The notes under the pieces are model-generated. The model was not told the origin of the DNA, did not search any database, and saw only the letters and a program-made list of their open reading frames with translations. From an uncultured Bacteroidaceae bacterium (GTDB lineage: Bacteria > Bacteroidota > Bacteroidia > Bacteroidales > P3), in contig CAYTCD010000001.1 in NCBI GenBank assembly GCA_964436335.1, forward strand, positions 1 to 52,203: a stretch of DNA of 52,203 nucleotides. Direction: 5' to 3'. The position numbers were made by a program, and so were the translations under genes. Shown in pieces: positions 39,901-48,307 of the stretch. Each line of letters opens with the position of its first letter. The stretch's first letter is position 1.

Positions 39901-40789
39901 GGTGAACGGGGTGCTTTCCGAATGCGACACAATGGCGCTCGGATACCTCAACTTTACGATTACGGCCGGTGGCTATACCGTTGAAGACGAAATACCGCTC
40001 TTTATCCGCTACGATGCCGCCGAACCGCAGGATATCACGCTCACAAAAGCAATGGCTTCGGGCGATGTATGGCGTCACCAGATTTCGATGCCCAAATTTT
40101 CGGGCGGTGAACACCGGGTGCAGGTTTGGCTGGCCTTTCCCCACGAAGTGAACCGCACCGACGATACGCTTACCCGCCTCTTTACCGTGGCCGCTCCGGC
40201 CGCCATGCCTTTTAAGGCAGAAGACGTGAGTGTGGTGGGACAGGCCCGCATGACAGCTTGTTTTGAAGTGGAAGAAGCCGGCACATACACTTTATTTTAT
40301 ACGGGCGATGCCTCACAGGCAGCCGGCAGCAGTCTTAAGGTAAACTTATTGCGTTATGGCGCAAACACCATCCTGTCGGCCGATGAAATTGAAACGGTGG
40401 CTCTTACCGGCAATGAAAAACGGGAAAGGAACCTCTCTTTTACACCCGGCGTGTATGCCTTGGGATTTGAATGTACAGACCTGCCCGACGGCGGTTTGGT
40501 CCGGATTACAGACATCCGCCTGGAAAAGGTATCCGCCAACCGCACCTATGCAGAAGGAGAAATAAGCCTGCACCCCAATCCGGCCACCGACCGGATCCGG
40601 ATACGGGTTCCGGACAATGCCGAAAAACTGATGGTTTCGGACCTGCAGGGACGTGTTCTGCGCCGTCTGGATTTTCGTGGACAAGGTTCTGAAGTGGAAA
40701 TTTCCCTGCAAGGATTGCAATCGGGCGTTTACCTAGTACGTATCGAGGGTAAGACGCACTACGGCATTGTAAAACTCATAAAACGCTGA
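36980..40789 (+). CDS. T9SS-secreted multidomain surface protein with alternating adhesin-like (choice-of-anchor-J / MAM-like) and CARDB-like modules
   Basis: 1,269-aa ORF with a signal peptide ending ...SWQLTAQ. The recurrent modules carry DYLVSPLLQM..YRIEFAYK, NDWLILKPFRL..YYLVFQTK and NDYAVTPLLKV..YRISFFYK. They are interleaved with modules of about 100 aa ending ..H.V.FW.E...(D/N)....D. A C-terminal T9SS sorting domain is present. Confidence 0.88.
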   Translation: MKTLRVKNWIVFCCSLFLSWQLTAQNLPIATFPYQADFGTETAPGNYNSAWKFYAIGTSMNKTVSNSWSFATQPDQTDLAPCFKKESEFIPSAFTPYFSMEKSAAVSYTLTVSYLVPQDGTLNGDNLTVRITAVGNDNEPFFSTAFLQGFQNQEITDNGKTVSVLLRKHIPDELKVGLSTYTYTISSDQIPQNGNYCFSFHVGLAAKSNTKSGTEIYIESLKVEKKEGMDLAAGQIKSPYSAVNAGTLPVTAFVHNINAAPINEFTAAYQIDDRPAVRQNFTDMALKGGEIRAITFSTYPDLGQGDHRVRFWIESDNDPNPLNDTSMVYCVRAGQNAVASIPATFDFYEKSQYGWAAYSDSVYTAPFWTFVKDNDHTYPYTSTEKENRVKNHDYLVSPLLQMGAEKVYRIEFAYKAVLAPNMPMGEKSLSLLLCNGIDRISVTTANKVIWRSERFDDNGERTIVLYYHSPSEQNLALVFLSDGPFSEGGLQIRRLSVKEAETNQVDFFHDFEAATVDQARNNTLGVMDFVDQDGVMGYGKTGNWQIDNNHMGYNNSEYSLRSPGVYNPESKNGKTNDWLILKPFRLNADTDYYLVFQTKMSDQKTGSIEIYVGEDAPRYDLDFEQQTGQKWQVSFKRLNFDTIRRVFSVAKSGLYTVAIRNTTDVKPDAGDFQEGDAEKHFTLYIDNISLTASERHSVQAFSATVPYEASLGQTVSLSMNVRNHAWTTIPKENITFCYQVDNAAVCREKSTTDIAARYTASYMFNTRADFSGNMSQKVKFWVETTGANDPIDTLYILVNKIIPSELPFVENFSEESWEKWQVYPASRSVWRLTHGTATAHSGEWALKCGGGNATVNDYAVTPLLKVEKDKTYRISFFYKRDEASANQKDSVSLYYEYNRYDQTGFRNNLHVFKNMSQNDYTYCEAFVHFPDAGNVFIGLKADLSAQSSALYIDDFAILDSTQTQYTSFSLSGLTVNGVLSECDTMALGYLNFTITAGGYTVEDEIPLFIRYDAAEPQDITLTKAMASGDVWRHQISMPKFSGGEHRVQVWLAFPHEVNRTDDTLTRLFTVAAPAAMPFKAEDVSVVGQARMTACFEVEEAGTYTLFYTGDASQAAGSSLKVNLLRYGANTILSADEIETVALTGNEKRERNLSFTPGVYALGFECTDLPDGGLVRITDIRLEKVSANRTYAEGEISLHPNPATDRIRIRVPDNAEKLMVSDLQGRVLRRLDFRGQGSEVEISLQGLQSGVYLVRIEGKTHYGIVKLIKR
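40559..40786 (+). other. T9SS type A C-terminal sorting domain
   Basis: Translation: EISLHPNPATDRIRIRVPDNAEKLMVSDLQGRVLRRLDFRGQGSEVEISLQGLQSGVYLVRIEGKTHYGIVKLIKR. This is the classic ..PNPa.d...i.......D..GR.v........i....L..GvY.vri......KliK pattern. Confidence 0.85.
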
Positions 40790-40790
40790 C

Positions 40791-41726
40791 ATGAAAAGAA
40801 TCGCCGTTTACGGAAAAGCGATCAAACTGGTTCAGGTAAGCATGTTTGAGGAGCTTCTTTCCGCCTTGGAGAAAGCCTGGGGCGAAAAGGAAGAGGTTTC
40901 CTTTTGGTTCGCCACCGATCTGGCGGAAAGAATCAAGACAGATTTCCCCTCTTTGGTGGCACGCTACCTGTCGGATCCAGAACGGATATTCGGCGATGTA
41001 TTGCCTGATTATGTTTCGCTATTGGTATGTCTGGGCGGCGATGGAACGATGCTGGATACCCTTCATCTGGTGCAGGATTCGGGTATTCCGGTATTGGGTA
41101 TCCACTTTGGCCGCTTAGGATTTCTCAACGCACTCAACGCCGACAGCATCCGCACCATGCTCCGTCCGGGCTTCTTTGATCATTTTAGACGGGAAAATCG
41201 TTTGGTGCTGGAGGTGGACGAATTTGATTTCTGCGGGATGAAAGAAAACCGTTTGCCGACGGATTTTCCCTACGCGCTCAATGAGGTTACGCTCTACAAG
41301 AACAACACCCAATCGTTGCTGTTGCTTGATGTCTTTGTGGATGGGGCATTCATGAACACTTATTATGGCGACGGCGTGCTGTTCTCGACCCCTACCGGTT
41401 CCACCGCCTATTCGCTCAGTTGCGGCGGACCTATCCTGATTCCTTCTGCCGACAATATGCTTATCACCCCCATCGCCTCCCACACCCTTACCGTACGCCC
41501 CATCATTGTGGAAGGATATCAGGAAATTCTGGTAAAGGTAAGGGAGAACCAGAATTGCCGTCTGATGCTTGATTCCACGCTTATAGAACAACAGGGGCCC
41601 TTCAGTTTCAAGATTCGCAAGGCGGGTTTCAAGTTTATTACGATCTATCCGCCGGAACGGAACTTTTTCGACGCCATCCGCGAGAAACTGATGTGGGGTG
41701 CCGATATCCGCCATAACCACGAATAG
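40791..41726 (+). CDS. nadK: NAD kinase
   Basis: 311-aa ORF with the GGDGT motif (LVCLGGDGTMLDT), FGRLGFL and TPTGSTAYSLSCGGPI. It starts 2 nt after the upstream stop. Confidence 0.9.
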   Translation: MKRIAVYGKAIKLVQVSMFEELLSALEKAWGEKEEVSFWFATDLAERIKTDFPSLVARYLSDPERIFGDVLPDYVSLLVCLGGDGTMLDTLHLVQDSGIPVLGIHFGRLGFLNALNADSIRTMLRPGFFDHFRRENRLVLEVDEFDFCGMKENRLPTDFPYALNEVTLYKNNTQSLLLLDVFVDGAFMNTYYGDGVLFSTPTGSTAYSLSCGGPILIPSADNMLITPIASHTLTVRPIIVEGYQEILVKVRENQNCRLMLDSTLIEQQGPFSFKIRKAGFKFITIYPPERNFFDAIREKLMWGADIRHNHE

Positions 41727-41746
41727 GGAAAGTAAGGGATTTTCGT

Positions 41747-41754
41747 TATATTTG
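41747..41754 (+). promoter_or_regulatory. Possible -7 box TATATTTG
   Basis: This is a perfect TAnnTTTG, 23 nt upstream of the ATG at 41777. No -33 element was seen. Confidence 0.3.
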
Positions 41755-41776
41755 CCTGTTTTTTTCTATAGTAACT

Positions 41777-42679
41777 ATGTGCGGAATAGGTCGAATCGAG
41801 GCTGGCAAGCGTTGCCTGCACAACCGGAACGGTTTACTGACGGTCGTGTTTCTCATGTCCGGATTTATTATGATGTTTTCCGGAGTATTGCAGGGACAAC
41901 GCTCAGAAGTGGGGTTCGGTGTAGGCGGTTCGTTCTATTTAGGGGATATCAACCCTAAAAAGGTGTTCTACAACACACGCTTGGCAGGAAGCATTTTTTA
42001 CCGGTACAACATCGACACACGGCTTGCCTTGCGTTTCGCGGGCAGTTACGGCCGCATTACGGCTTCAGACAAGGATTTCAATAATCCCCGCAACCTGAAT
42101 TTCCGCAACGATCTGGTGGATATATCCGCCTTGCTCGAAGTTAATTTCGTAAACTTCTTTACCGGTAGCCAACAGCATCGTTTCACACCCTATCTGGCTT
42201 TGGGTGCGGCCCTTTGCTTTTCGAACCCTTACGGGCATTATTTCGACCCCGTAACCCAAGACAGCCGTTGGGTGGCCTTACGGTCGTTGCACACCGAGGG
42301 GCAGGGATTGATGGACTACGGCAAAAAGGAATATTCGATGGCACAGTTCGTTATTCCTTTTGGCATTGGCTTTAAAGTAAGCATTTCGCGGCACGTTGCC
42401 TTGGGCCTGGAATGGATGATGCGCCTTACCTTTACCGATTATCTGGATGACGTGGGTGGAAATTACGCCGATCCGGGGCGTCTGCTTTCGGAATACGGAC
42501 CTGAAGCGGCCTATTTTGCCGACCCTTCGGGTAGCTACCATGCCGTAGGTGCACAACGCGGCGACAAATCGTATTTTGATTGGTATTCTTTTGCCATGCT
42601 CACCGTTTCTATCCGGATTGGCGGAAGGGACATTCCCTGCCCTGCCTACGGCCAGAAGGCCATCAAAAAGAGAAGATAG
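41777..42679 (+). CDS. Outer-membrane beta-barrel-like protein (possibly DUF6089 family)
   Basis: 300-aa ORF with a hydrophobic N-terminus and EVGFGVGGSFYLGDINP ... beta-strand periodicity. It sits between nadK and uppS. The start may instead be the Met at 41855. Confidence 0.7.
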   Translation: MCGIGRIEAGKRCLHNRNGLLTVVFLMSGFIMMFSGVLQGQRSEVGFGVGGSFYLGDINPKKVFYNTRLAGSIFYRYNIDTRLALRFAGSYGRITASDKDFNNPRNLNFRNDLVDISALLEVNFVNFFTGSQQHRFTPYLALGAALCFSNPYGHYFDPVTQDSRWVALRSLHTEGQGLMDYGKKEYSMAQFVIPFGIGFKVSISRHVALGLEWMMRLTFTDYLDDVGGNYADPGRLLSEYGPEAAYFADPSGSYHAVGAQRGDKSYFDWYSFAMLTVSIRIGGRDIPCPAYGQKAIKKRR

Positions 42680-42686
42680 CAAGTTA

Positions 42687-43442
42687 ATGAGTTTCTTACA
42701 GGCCATACAACCGGACAAAGTTCCCATGCATGTAGCCGTTATCATGGACGGCAACGGACGTTGGGCACAGGAGCGGAATCTGGCAAGGGCACAGGGTCAT
42801 GTTGAAGGCGTAAAGGCTGTGCGGCGCATTACGGAAGCCGCCTGCAAGATAGGCGTCCGTTACCTTACCCTCTATGCTTTTTCTACCGAAAACTGGGGGC
42901 GTCCCCAAGAAGAGGTTTCGGCCTTGATGGGTTTGTTGGTTTCCTGCCTGCAAAACGAGATACCGCTCTTTATGAAAAACGGCATCCGTTTGCGGGTGGT
43001 GGGCAATACCGATGATTTTAGCCCGCAGGTACAGACGGCTTTGCAGGAAGCCCTGGAAAAAACGGCCGCCAACCACCGCATGGATTTGGTGCTGGCTTTG
43101 AGTTACAGCGCCCGTTGGGAAATCACCGAGGCAATGAAGTGCCTTGCCGTGCAGGTAAAGAACGGCAGCCTCGAGCCCGAAAACATTCATAGCGACACAA
43201 TAAGTCAAGCCCTGAGAACTTCATTCATGCCCGACCCTGATTTATTGATCCGCACCAGCGGTGAACACCGTATCAGCAATTTTCTGCTTTGGCAGATAGC
43301 CTATTCCGAACTGTTCTTCTCGCCCGTTTTTTGGCCCGATTTCATCGAAGAAATGTTTTACGAAGCCATTGCGGATTTTCAGAACCGGGACCGCCGCTTC
43401 GGAAAAATATCGGCCTCACCTCTTAATTCAAGCAAAGCGTGA
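42687..43442 (+). CDS. uppS: Undecaprenyl-diphosphate synthase (isoprenyl transferase)
   Basis: Motifs are HVAVIMDGNGRWA, TLYAFSTENWGRP and IRTSGEHRISNFLLWQIAYSELFF. The track ORF begins at 42549, but the ATG at 42687 (MSFLQAIQPDKVPMHVAV..) fits the family N-terminus and avoids overlap with the upstream gene. Confidence 0.9.
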   Translation: MSFLQAIQPDKVPMHVAVIMDGNGRWAQERNLARAQGHVEGVKAVRRITEAACKIGVRYLTLYAFSTENWGRPQEEVSALMGLLVSCLQNEIPLFMKNGIRLRVVGNTDDFSPQVQTALQEALEKTAANHRMDLVLALSYSARWEITEAMKCLAVQVKNGSLEPENIHSDTISQALRTSFMPDPDLLIRTSGEHRISNFLLWQIAYSELFFSPVFWPDFIEEMFYEAIADFQNRDRRFGKISASPLNSSKA

Positions 43443-43462
43443 CAGGCAGGCTCAAACAGCAT

Positions 43463-46021
43463 ATGGGAATGTTACGGATTGCGCTCTATACCGCAACGGG
43501 ACTGCTTTTTTCTTTTTTCCGACTCGAGGCGCAGGAAGACGTGATTTCCTATACCTATGTGCGCGAATATCAAATTGCCGACGTTACCGTAAGCGGTGTG
43601 AGTTTTCTGGATGACCGGGCTTTGATTCACCTTTCGGGACTTACACCGGGTAAACGAATCAAGATTCCGGGCGACGCCACTTCCCTGGCTCTCGACAACC
43701 TTTGGAAACAAGGGCTTTTTGAGGATATTTCCATTACCGCCACCCGGATCGAAGGCGACCGCATCTACCTCAACATCGCCCTCAAAGAACGTCCCCGTCT
43801 GTCGGGCATCCTTTACGAAGGCGTTCCAAAATCCATCGTGAACAAAATAAAGGACGATGTGAAGGTAAAGGAAGGCGACCTGCTTACCGACTACAAAATC
43901 GGGCAGATCGAAAAGAAAATAAAGGATGAGTTTTTAGACAAGTCTTATCTGAACGCCGAGGTGGAAATGATACGGAAGGCGGATACCCTGGGTCAGAATG
44001 GCGTTCTTTTGTTGGTAAAGGCCCAGAAAGGCGAGAAAGTAAAGATTGAGAAGATAACTTTCGATGGCAACGATGCCCTTACGCCCCGTGCCACCAATCT
44101 GGATTTCTGGCAGAAAGTATCACGCGGATTCCGCAAGATGGGAAACAAGGAGAATCTGGCCTTTTCGGACCAACGTCTGCGGCGGGTGATGAAGAACACC
44201 AAGCAGGTGTCTCCCTTGCGGTTCTGGAAAAAATCGAAATATGTACCCTCTTCTTTCCGGGAAGACCTCAAATCGCTTTCAAAAGCCTACAACAAGGAGG
44301 GTTTCCGCGACTTCAGGGTATTGGGAGACTCTCTGTACGTTATCAATCCCAAACGCATCGGAATCAAGGTAAAGGTGTATGAAGGCGACCCCTACTATTT
44401 TGGAAACATCACCTTTGTAGGCAACGAACGCTACACTTCTGAACAACTCAGGGCTGTGATGAACATTCAGAAAGGGGAACTTTACAACGAAGAAAAATTT
44501 ACCACCAACCTGATGATGAACCCCAACGGGGCCGATATCAACTCGCTTTATTTCGACAACGGATATCTGTTCTGTCAGACCATTCCGGTAGAAACGCAGG
44601 TGTATGGAGACACGGTGGATATCGAGATACGTATTTCGGAAGGAATTCAGGCGCGTTTCAACGAAATACGTCTGGCAGGCAACACCCGCACCAACGACCA
44701 CGTTATCCTGCGCGAACTGCGCACCATTCCCGGCCAGCTTTTCAGCCGTACCGAAATCATCAATTCGGTGAACACCTTACGCCAGTTACGCTATTTCAAC
44801 GATGAATCCATCAATCCGCAACCCATTCCCAATATGGCCGACGGCACCACCGACATGCTTTACAGTTTTGAAGAGGTGGGTTCCGACCAACTGGAACTTT
44901 CGGGTGGTTTCGGCGGCGGCATGGTAGTGGGAACCATTGGCTTGTCGTTCAACAACTTTTCTTTGCGCAATCTCTTTAAACTCAACCGTTGGAAGCCGCT
45001 TCCCTCCGGCGACGGACAGCAACTCAGCCTGCGCGCCCAGTCGAACGGAACTTATTATTGGTCTGTGGCCGCCTCCTTTACCGAACCGTGGCTGGGGGGT
45101 AAAAAGCCGCTTTCTTTCAGCGTTTCCTATAACCATTCCCAACAATCGAACGGATTGTCGAAAAACGACGCCAATTACGGAAAACTGATTGTAGATGGTG
45201 CCTCCATCGGATTGGGGCAACGGCTCAAATGGCCCGATGATTTCTTTACCCTTTATCAGTCTTTGGGCTATGAACGTTACCGGATGAAGAACTACGACAT
45301 GGACAATGGGGTAACGGACGGTGTTTCCAACAATTTCCGCTATAACATCACCATCCAGCGGCAAAATCTCGATGGAGCGATGTTTCCTATGAGCGGGTCC
45401 TCCATCGCCCTCGGCTTCGAACTCACGCCGCCCTATACAGCCCTCGGTAGCAAACTATACAAGAGCTCCAATCTTCAAGACCACTATAAGTGGCTGGAAT
45501 ATTACAAGATATCGTTCAAAGCCGGCTGGTATTTCAATCCTGTGGCCAAACTGGTGGTCAACGCCCGTATCCGGGTGGGATTCCTGAGTTACTACACGCA
45601 GAAAACCGGATATCCGATATTCGAACGCTTTTACCTCGGCGGCGACGGTCTTACCGGCTTTGGTCTTGACGGTCGCGAACTGATAGGGATGCGCGGGTAT
45701 TCCAACAACTCGCTTTCGCCCTCGGCCGGCGCTACAGCCTACGACAAGATTACGCTTGAACTCCGCTATCCTTTCTCCACTTCTCCCGTAGCCACCGTAT
45801 ATGCGCTGGCGTTTTTCGAAGCGGGCAACAGCTGGGCAAAGGCCAACGACCTCAATCCTTTTCAGGTATATAAGTCGGCGGGTGTGGGTGTGCGCCTCTT
45901 TCTGTCGGCCATGGGTATGTTCGGTCTGGACTGGGGCTACGGATTCGACGAAGTGCCGGGGAATCCCTCTGCAAACGGCAGCCATTTTCACTTCTCTATC
46001 AATCAGTCGCTTGATTGGTAA
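43463..46021 (+). CDS. bamA: Outer membrane protein assembly factor BamA
   Basis: About 850-aa ORF with signal peptide MGMLRIALYTATGLLFSFFRLEAQ, POTRA-like repeats, and a C-terminal barrel with GYGFD...HFHFSINQSL. The uppS-bamA-ompH-ompH order is conserved. The track start, GTG 43439, overlaps the uppS stop. Confidence 0.9.
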   Translation: MGMLRIALYTATGLLFSFFRLEAQEDVISYTYVREYQIADVTVSGVSFLDDRALIHLSGLTPGKRIKIPGDATSLALDNLWKQGLFEDISITATRIEGDRIYLNIALKERPRLSGILYEGVPKSIVNKIKDDVKVKEGDLLTDYKIGQIEKKIKDEFLDKSYLNAEVEMIRKADTLGQNGVLLLVKAQKGEKVKIEKITFDGNDALTPRATNLDFWQKVSRGFRKMGNKENLAFSDQRLRRVMKNTKQVSPLRFWKKSKYVPSSFREDLKSLSKAYNKEGFRDFRVLGDSLYVINPKRIGIKVKVYEGDPYYFGNITFVGNERYTSEQLRAVMNIQKGELYNEEKFTTNLMMNPNGADINSLYFDNGYLFCQTIPVETQVYGDTVDIEIRISEGIQARFNEIRLAGNTRTNDHVILRELRTIPGQLFSRTEIINSVNTLRQLRYFNDESINPQPIPNMADGTTDMLYSFEEVGSDQLELSGGFGGGMVVGTIGLSFNNFSLRNLFKLNRWKPLPSGDGQQLSLRAQSNGTYYWSVAASFTEPWLGGKKPLSFSVSYNHSQQSNGLSKNDANYGKLIVDGASIGLGQRLKWPDDFFTLYQSLGYERYRMKNYDMDNGVTDGVSNNFRYNITIQRQNLDGAMFPMSGSSIALGFELTPPYTALGSKLYKSSNLQDHYKWLEYYKISFKAGWYFNPVAKLVVNARIRVGFLSYYTQKTGYPIFERFYLGGDGLTGFGLDGRELIGMRGYSNNSLSPSAGATAYDKITLELRYPFSTSPVATVYALAFFEAGNSWAKANDLNPFQVYKSAGVGVRLFLSAMGMFGLDWGYGFDEVPGNPSANGSHFHFSINQSLDW

Positions 46022-46104
46022 GATTTCGGCATACTATTTGCAGGAACAGGACTTTTCATATTTTTTAATACGGAACGGGCTTGCGTTCCAAAAAAGGAGA
46101 CAAC

Positions 46105-46650
46105 ATGAAAAAGATTGTATTTGCCGCGATTTTTGCGTTGACCTGTGGTCTTTTCGCCCACGCGCAGAAATATGCTTATGTCAACACCGAGTATATCCTG
46201 CAGAATATACCCGAATTTGTGAATGCACAGGAAGAAATAGACAAATTGTCTGTGGAATGGCAAAAGGAGATCGAAAACCGCTTTGCCGAAATCGACGCGC
46301 TCTACAAACAGTTTCAGAACGATGCGCCCCTGTTGACGCAGGACATGAAAAACCGTCGTGAAAACGAAATCGTTACCAAAGAAAAGGCGGCCAAGGATCT
46401 ACAGAAAAAAAGATTCGGTGTGGACGGCGATCTCTACAAACGCCGTCAGGAACTGATTCAACCCATACAGGACAAAATCTATACGGCTATAGAGAAACGC
46501 GCCAAACAGAAACAGTTTGTCTTTGTATTCGACCGTTCGGACAATACCGGCATCATGTACGCCGACCCGCGCATCGATATCAGCAACGATATCCTCAAGG
46601 ATATGGGCTATGAGCCGGGGGCGGCCGATCATGCCGGACACGCCGAATAA
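46105..46650 (+). CDS. OmpH/Skp-family periplasmic chaperone
   Basis: It starts MKKIVFAAIFALTCGLFAHAQKYAYVNTEYIL.. and has a coiled-coil, Q/E/K-rich middle. It lies immediately downstream of bamA. Confidence 0.85.
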   Translation: MKKIVFAAIFALTCGLFAHAQKYAYVNTEYILQNIPEFVNAQEEIDKLSVEWQKEIENRFAEIDALYKQFQNDAPLLTQDMKNRRENEIVTKEKAAKDLQKKRFGVDGDLYKRRQELIQPIQDKIYTAIEKRAKQKQFVFVFDRSDNTGIMYADPRIDISNDILKDMGYEPGAADHAGHAE

Positions 46651-46711
46651 AAACTGTGGAAAGCCACTATTTTGTAACTTTGCCGGACAGGCAATTTTTA
46701 GATAAACTATC

Positions 46712-47248
46712 ATGAAGAAAATTTTGGTATCCCTGGCAACCGTTTTGATGTTGTCGGGAATAAGCAGCGGCGTAAAGGCGCAAGGAAAAATGGGGCATGT
46801 CAACACGATGGAATTGATGCAGATGATGCCCGAAATGGATTCTGTACAACGTCAGTTGCAAGACTACGGAAAGGAACTGGAAGACAACATCGCCACCATG
46901 CAGGCCGAATTCCAGAACAAGTATGCGGAATTTCAGAACAACCAGAACCAGTGGTCGGATTTGATAAAACAAACCAAGGCCAAAGAAATCAACGATATGC
47001 AGGTGCGTATCCAAGAGTTTATGCAACAGGCGGAAGAAGACTACAAGCAACGCACCAACGAATTGCTGGCCCCTCTCTCCGACAGGGTTAAAAATGCTAT
47101 CGAAGCTGTGGCCCGCGAAGGCAAGTTCGCCTATATTCTCGATTCGAGCAACGCCACGCTCTTTGCCGGTTCCGAAGCCAACGACGTGATGCCTTTGGTT
47201 AAGAAAAAACTCGGTCTGCCCGATATTCCGGTAAACAAAACCTTTTAG
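46712..47248 (+). CDS. OmpH/Skp-family periplasmic chaperone (second copy)
   Basis: It starts MKKILVSLATVLMLSGISSGVKAQGKMGHVNTMELM.. and has the same architecture as the preceding gene. Confidence 0.85.
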   Translation: MKKILVSLATVLMLSGISSGVKAQGKMGHVNTMELMQMMPEMDSVQRQLQDYGKELEDNIATMQAEFQNKYAEFQNNQNQWSDLIKQTKAKEINDMQVRIQEFMQQAEEDYKQRTNELLAPLSDRVKNAIEAVAREGKFAYILDSSNATLFAGSEANDVMPLVKKKLGLPDIPVNKTF

Positions 47249-47257
47249 GATACGGCC

Positions 47258-48307
47258 ATGACAAAGCCGAAAGTTATCGTAACGGGTGGCTTGGGCTATA
47301 TCGGCTCCCATACCGTGGTCGAACTGCAACAGAGAGGTTATGATGTGGTGATTGCCGACAATCTCTCCAATTCCTCGGCCTCTGTAGCCGACCGGATCGG
47401 CAGGATTACCGGCAGAACACCGATTTTAGAGGTGGTGGATCTAAGCGACAGGACGGCCTGCCTGCGGTTCTTTAACATGCATGCCGATGCGGGTGCCGTG
47501 ATTCATTTTGCGGCGGCCAAGGCGGTAAACGAATCTGTTCGCAAACCCCTGCTTTATTATCGCAACAATCTTGATGCCCTGCTCTACGTGTTGGAGGGCA
47601 TGGATGCGGTGGGATGCCGGAAACTGGTGTTCTCTTCTTCCTGCACCGTTTACGGACAGCCCGAAAAACTTCCTGTAACGGAATCCACGCCGCGTTTGGA
47701 AGCCATGAGTCCTTACGGCAATACCAAACGGATTTGCGAAGACATTCTTTCCGATTTAGTAAAAGCCCAACAGGCAGACAACACGCCTCGGGAACCCTGG
47801 AAATTCCTTGCCTTACGCTATTTCAACCCCATCGGCGCCCACTCCTCTGCCCTGATAGGAGAACTACCCAACGGTGTACCCGCCAACCTGATGCCGTATA
47901 TCACACAGACCGTGGCCGGTTTACGCCCGGCCCTGCAGGTGTTCGGCAACGATTACCCCACACCCGACGGCACTCCCGTCCGCGACTACATTCATGTATG
48001 CGACCTGGCCGAAGCTCATGTGGCGGCTATGGAATATCTCGACAAACCTGATTTTCCGGGCATGGATTTTTTTAATGTGGGGGCCGGGCGCGGCTACTCG
48101 GTATTGGAAGTGATTCAGAGTTTTGAGCGCGCCACAGGCAAAAAAGTGGACTACGAGATAAAAGGACGCCGTCAGGGCGATATCACCCAAATCTGGGCCG
48201 ATACCACCAAGGCAACCCGCCTTCTGGGTTGGCAAGCCCGTCGGGACATAGACGAAATGACCTTGAGCGCGTGGAAATGGCAGGAAAGTTTGGCTCGCGC
48301 GAAATAG
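47258..48307 (+). CDS. galE: UDP-glucose 4-epimerase
   Basis: Motifs are VIVTGGLGYIGSHTVVEL (Rossmann GxxGxxG), SPYGNTK (the YxxxK catalytic region) and RYFNPIGAH. Confidence 0.9.
   Translation: MTKPKVIVTGGLGYIGSHTVVELQQRGYDVVIADNLSNSSASVADRIGRITGRTPILEVVDLSDRTACLRFFNMHADAGAVIHFAAAKAVNESVRKPLLYYRNNLDALLYVLEGMDAVGCRKLVFSSSCTVYGQPEKLPVTESTPRLEAMSPYGNTKRICEDILSDLVKAQQADNTPREPWKFLALRYFNPIGAHSSALIGELPNGVPANLMPYITQTVAGLRPALQVFGNDYPTPDGTPVRDYIHVCDLAEAHVAAMEYLDKPDFPGMDFFNVGAGRGYSVLEVIQSFERATGKKVDYEIKGRRQGDITQIWADTTKATRLLGWQARRDIDEMTLSAWKWQESLARAK

Noticed and set aside
46066-46096. A hairpin GGAACG-ggcttg-CGTTCC after bamA, considered as a terminator.
   Set aside because: The stem is only 6 bp and is followed by an A-run rather than a T-run on the forward strand. 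The ompH-like gene starts 9 nt later, consistent with bamA-ompH co-transcription.
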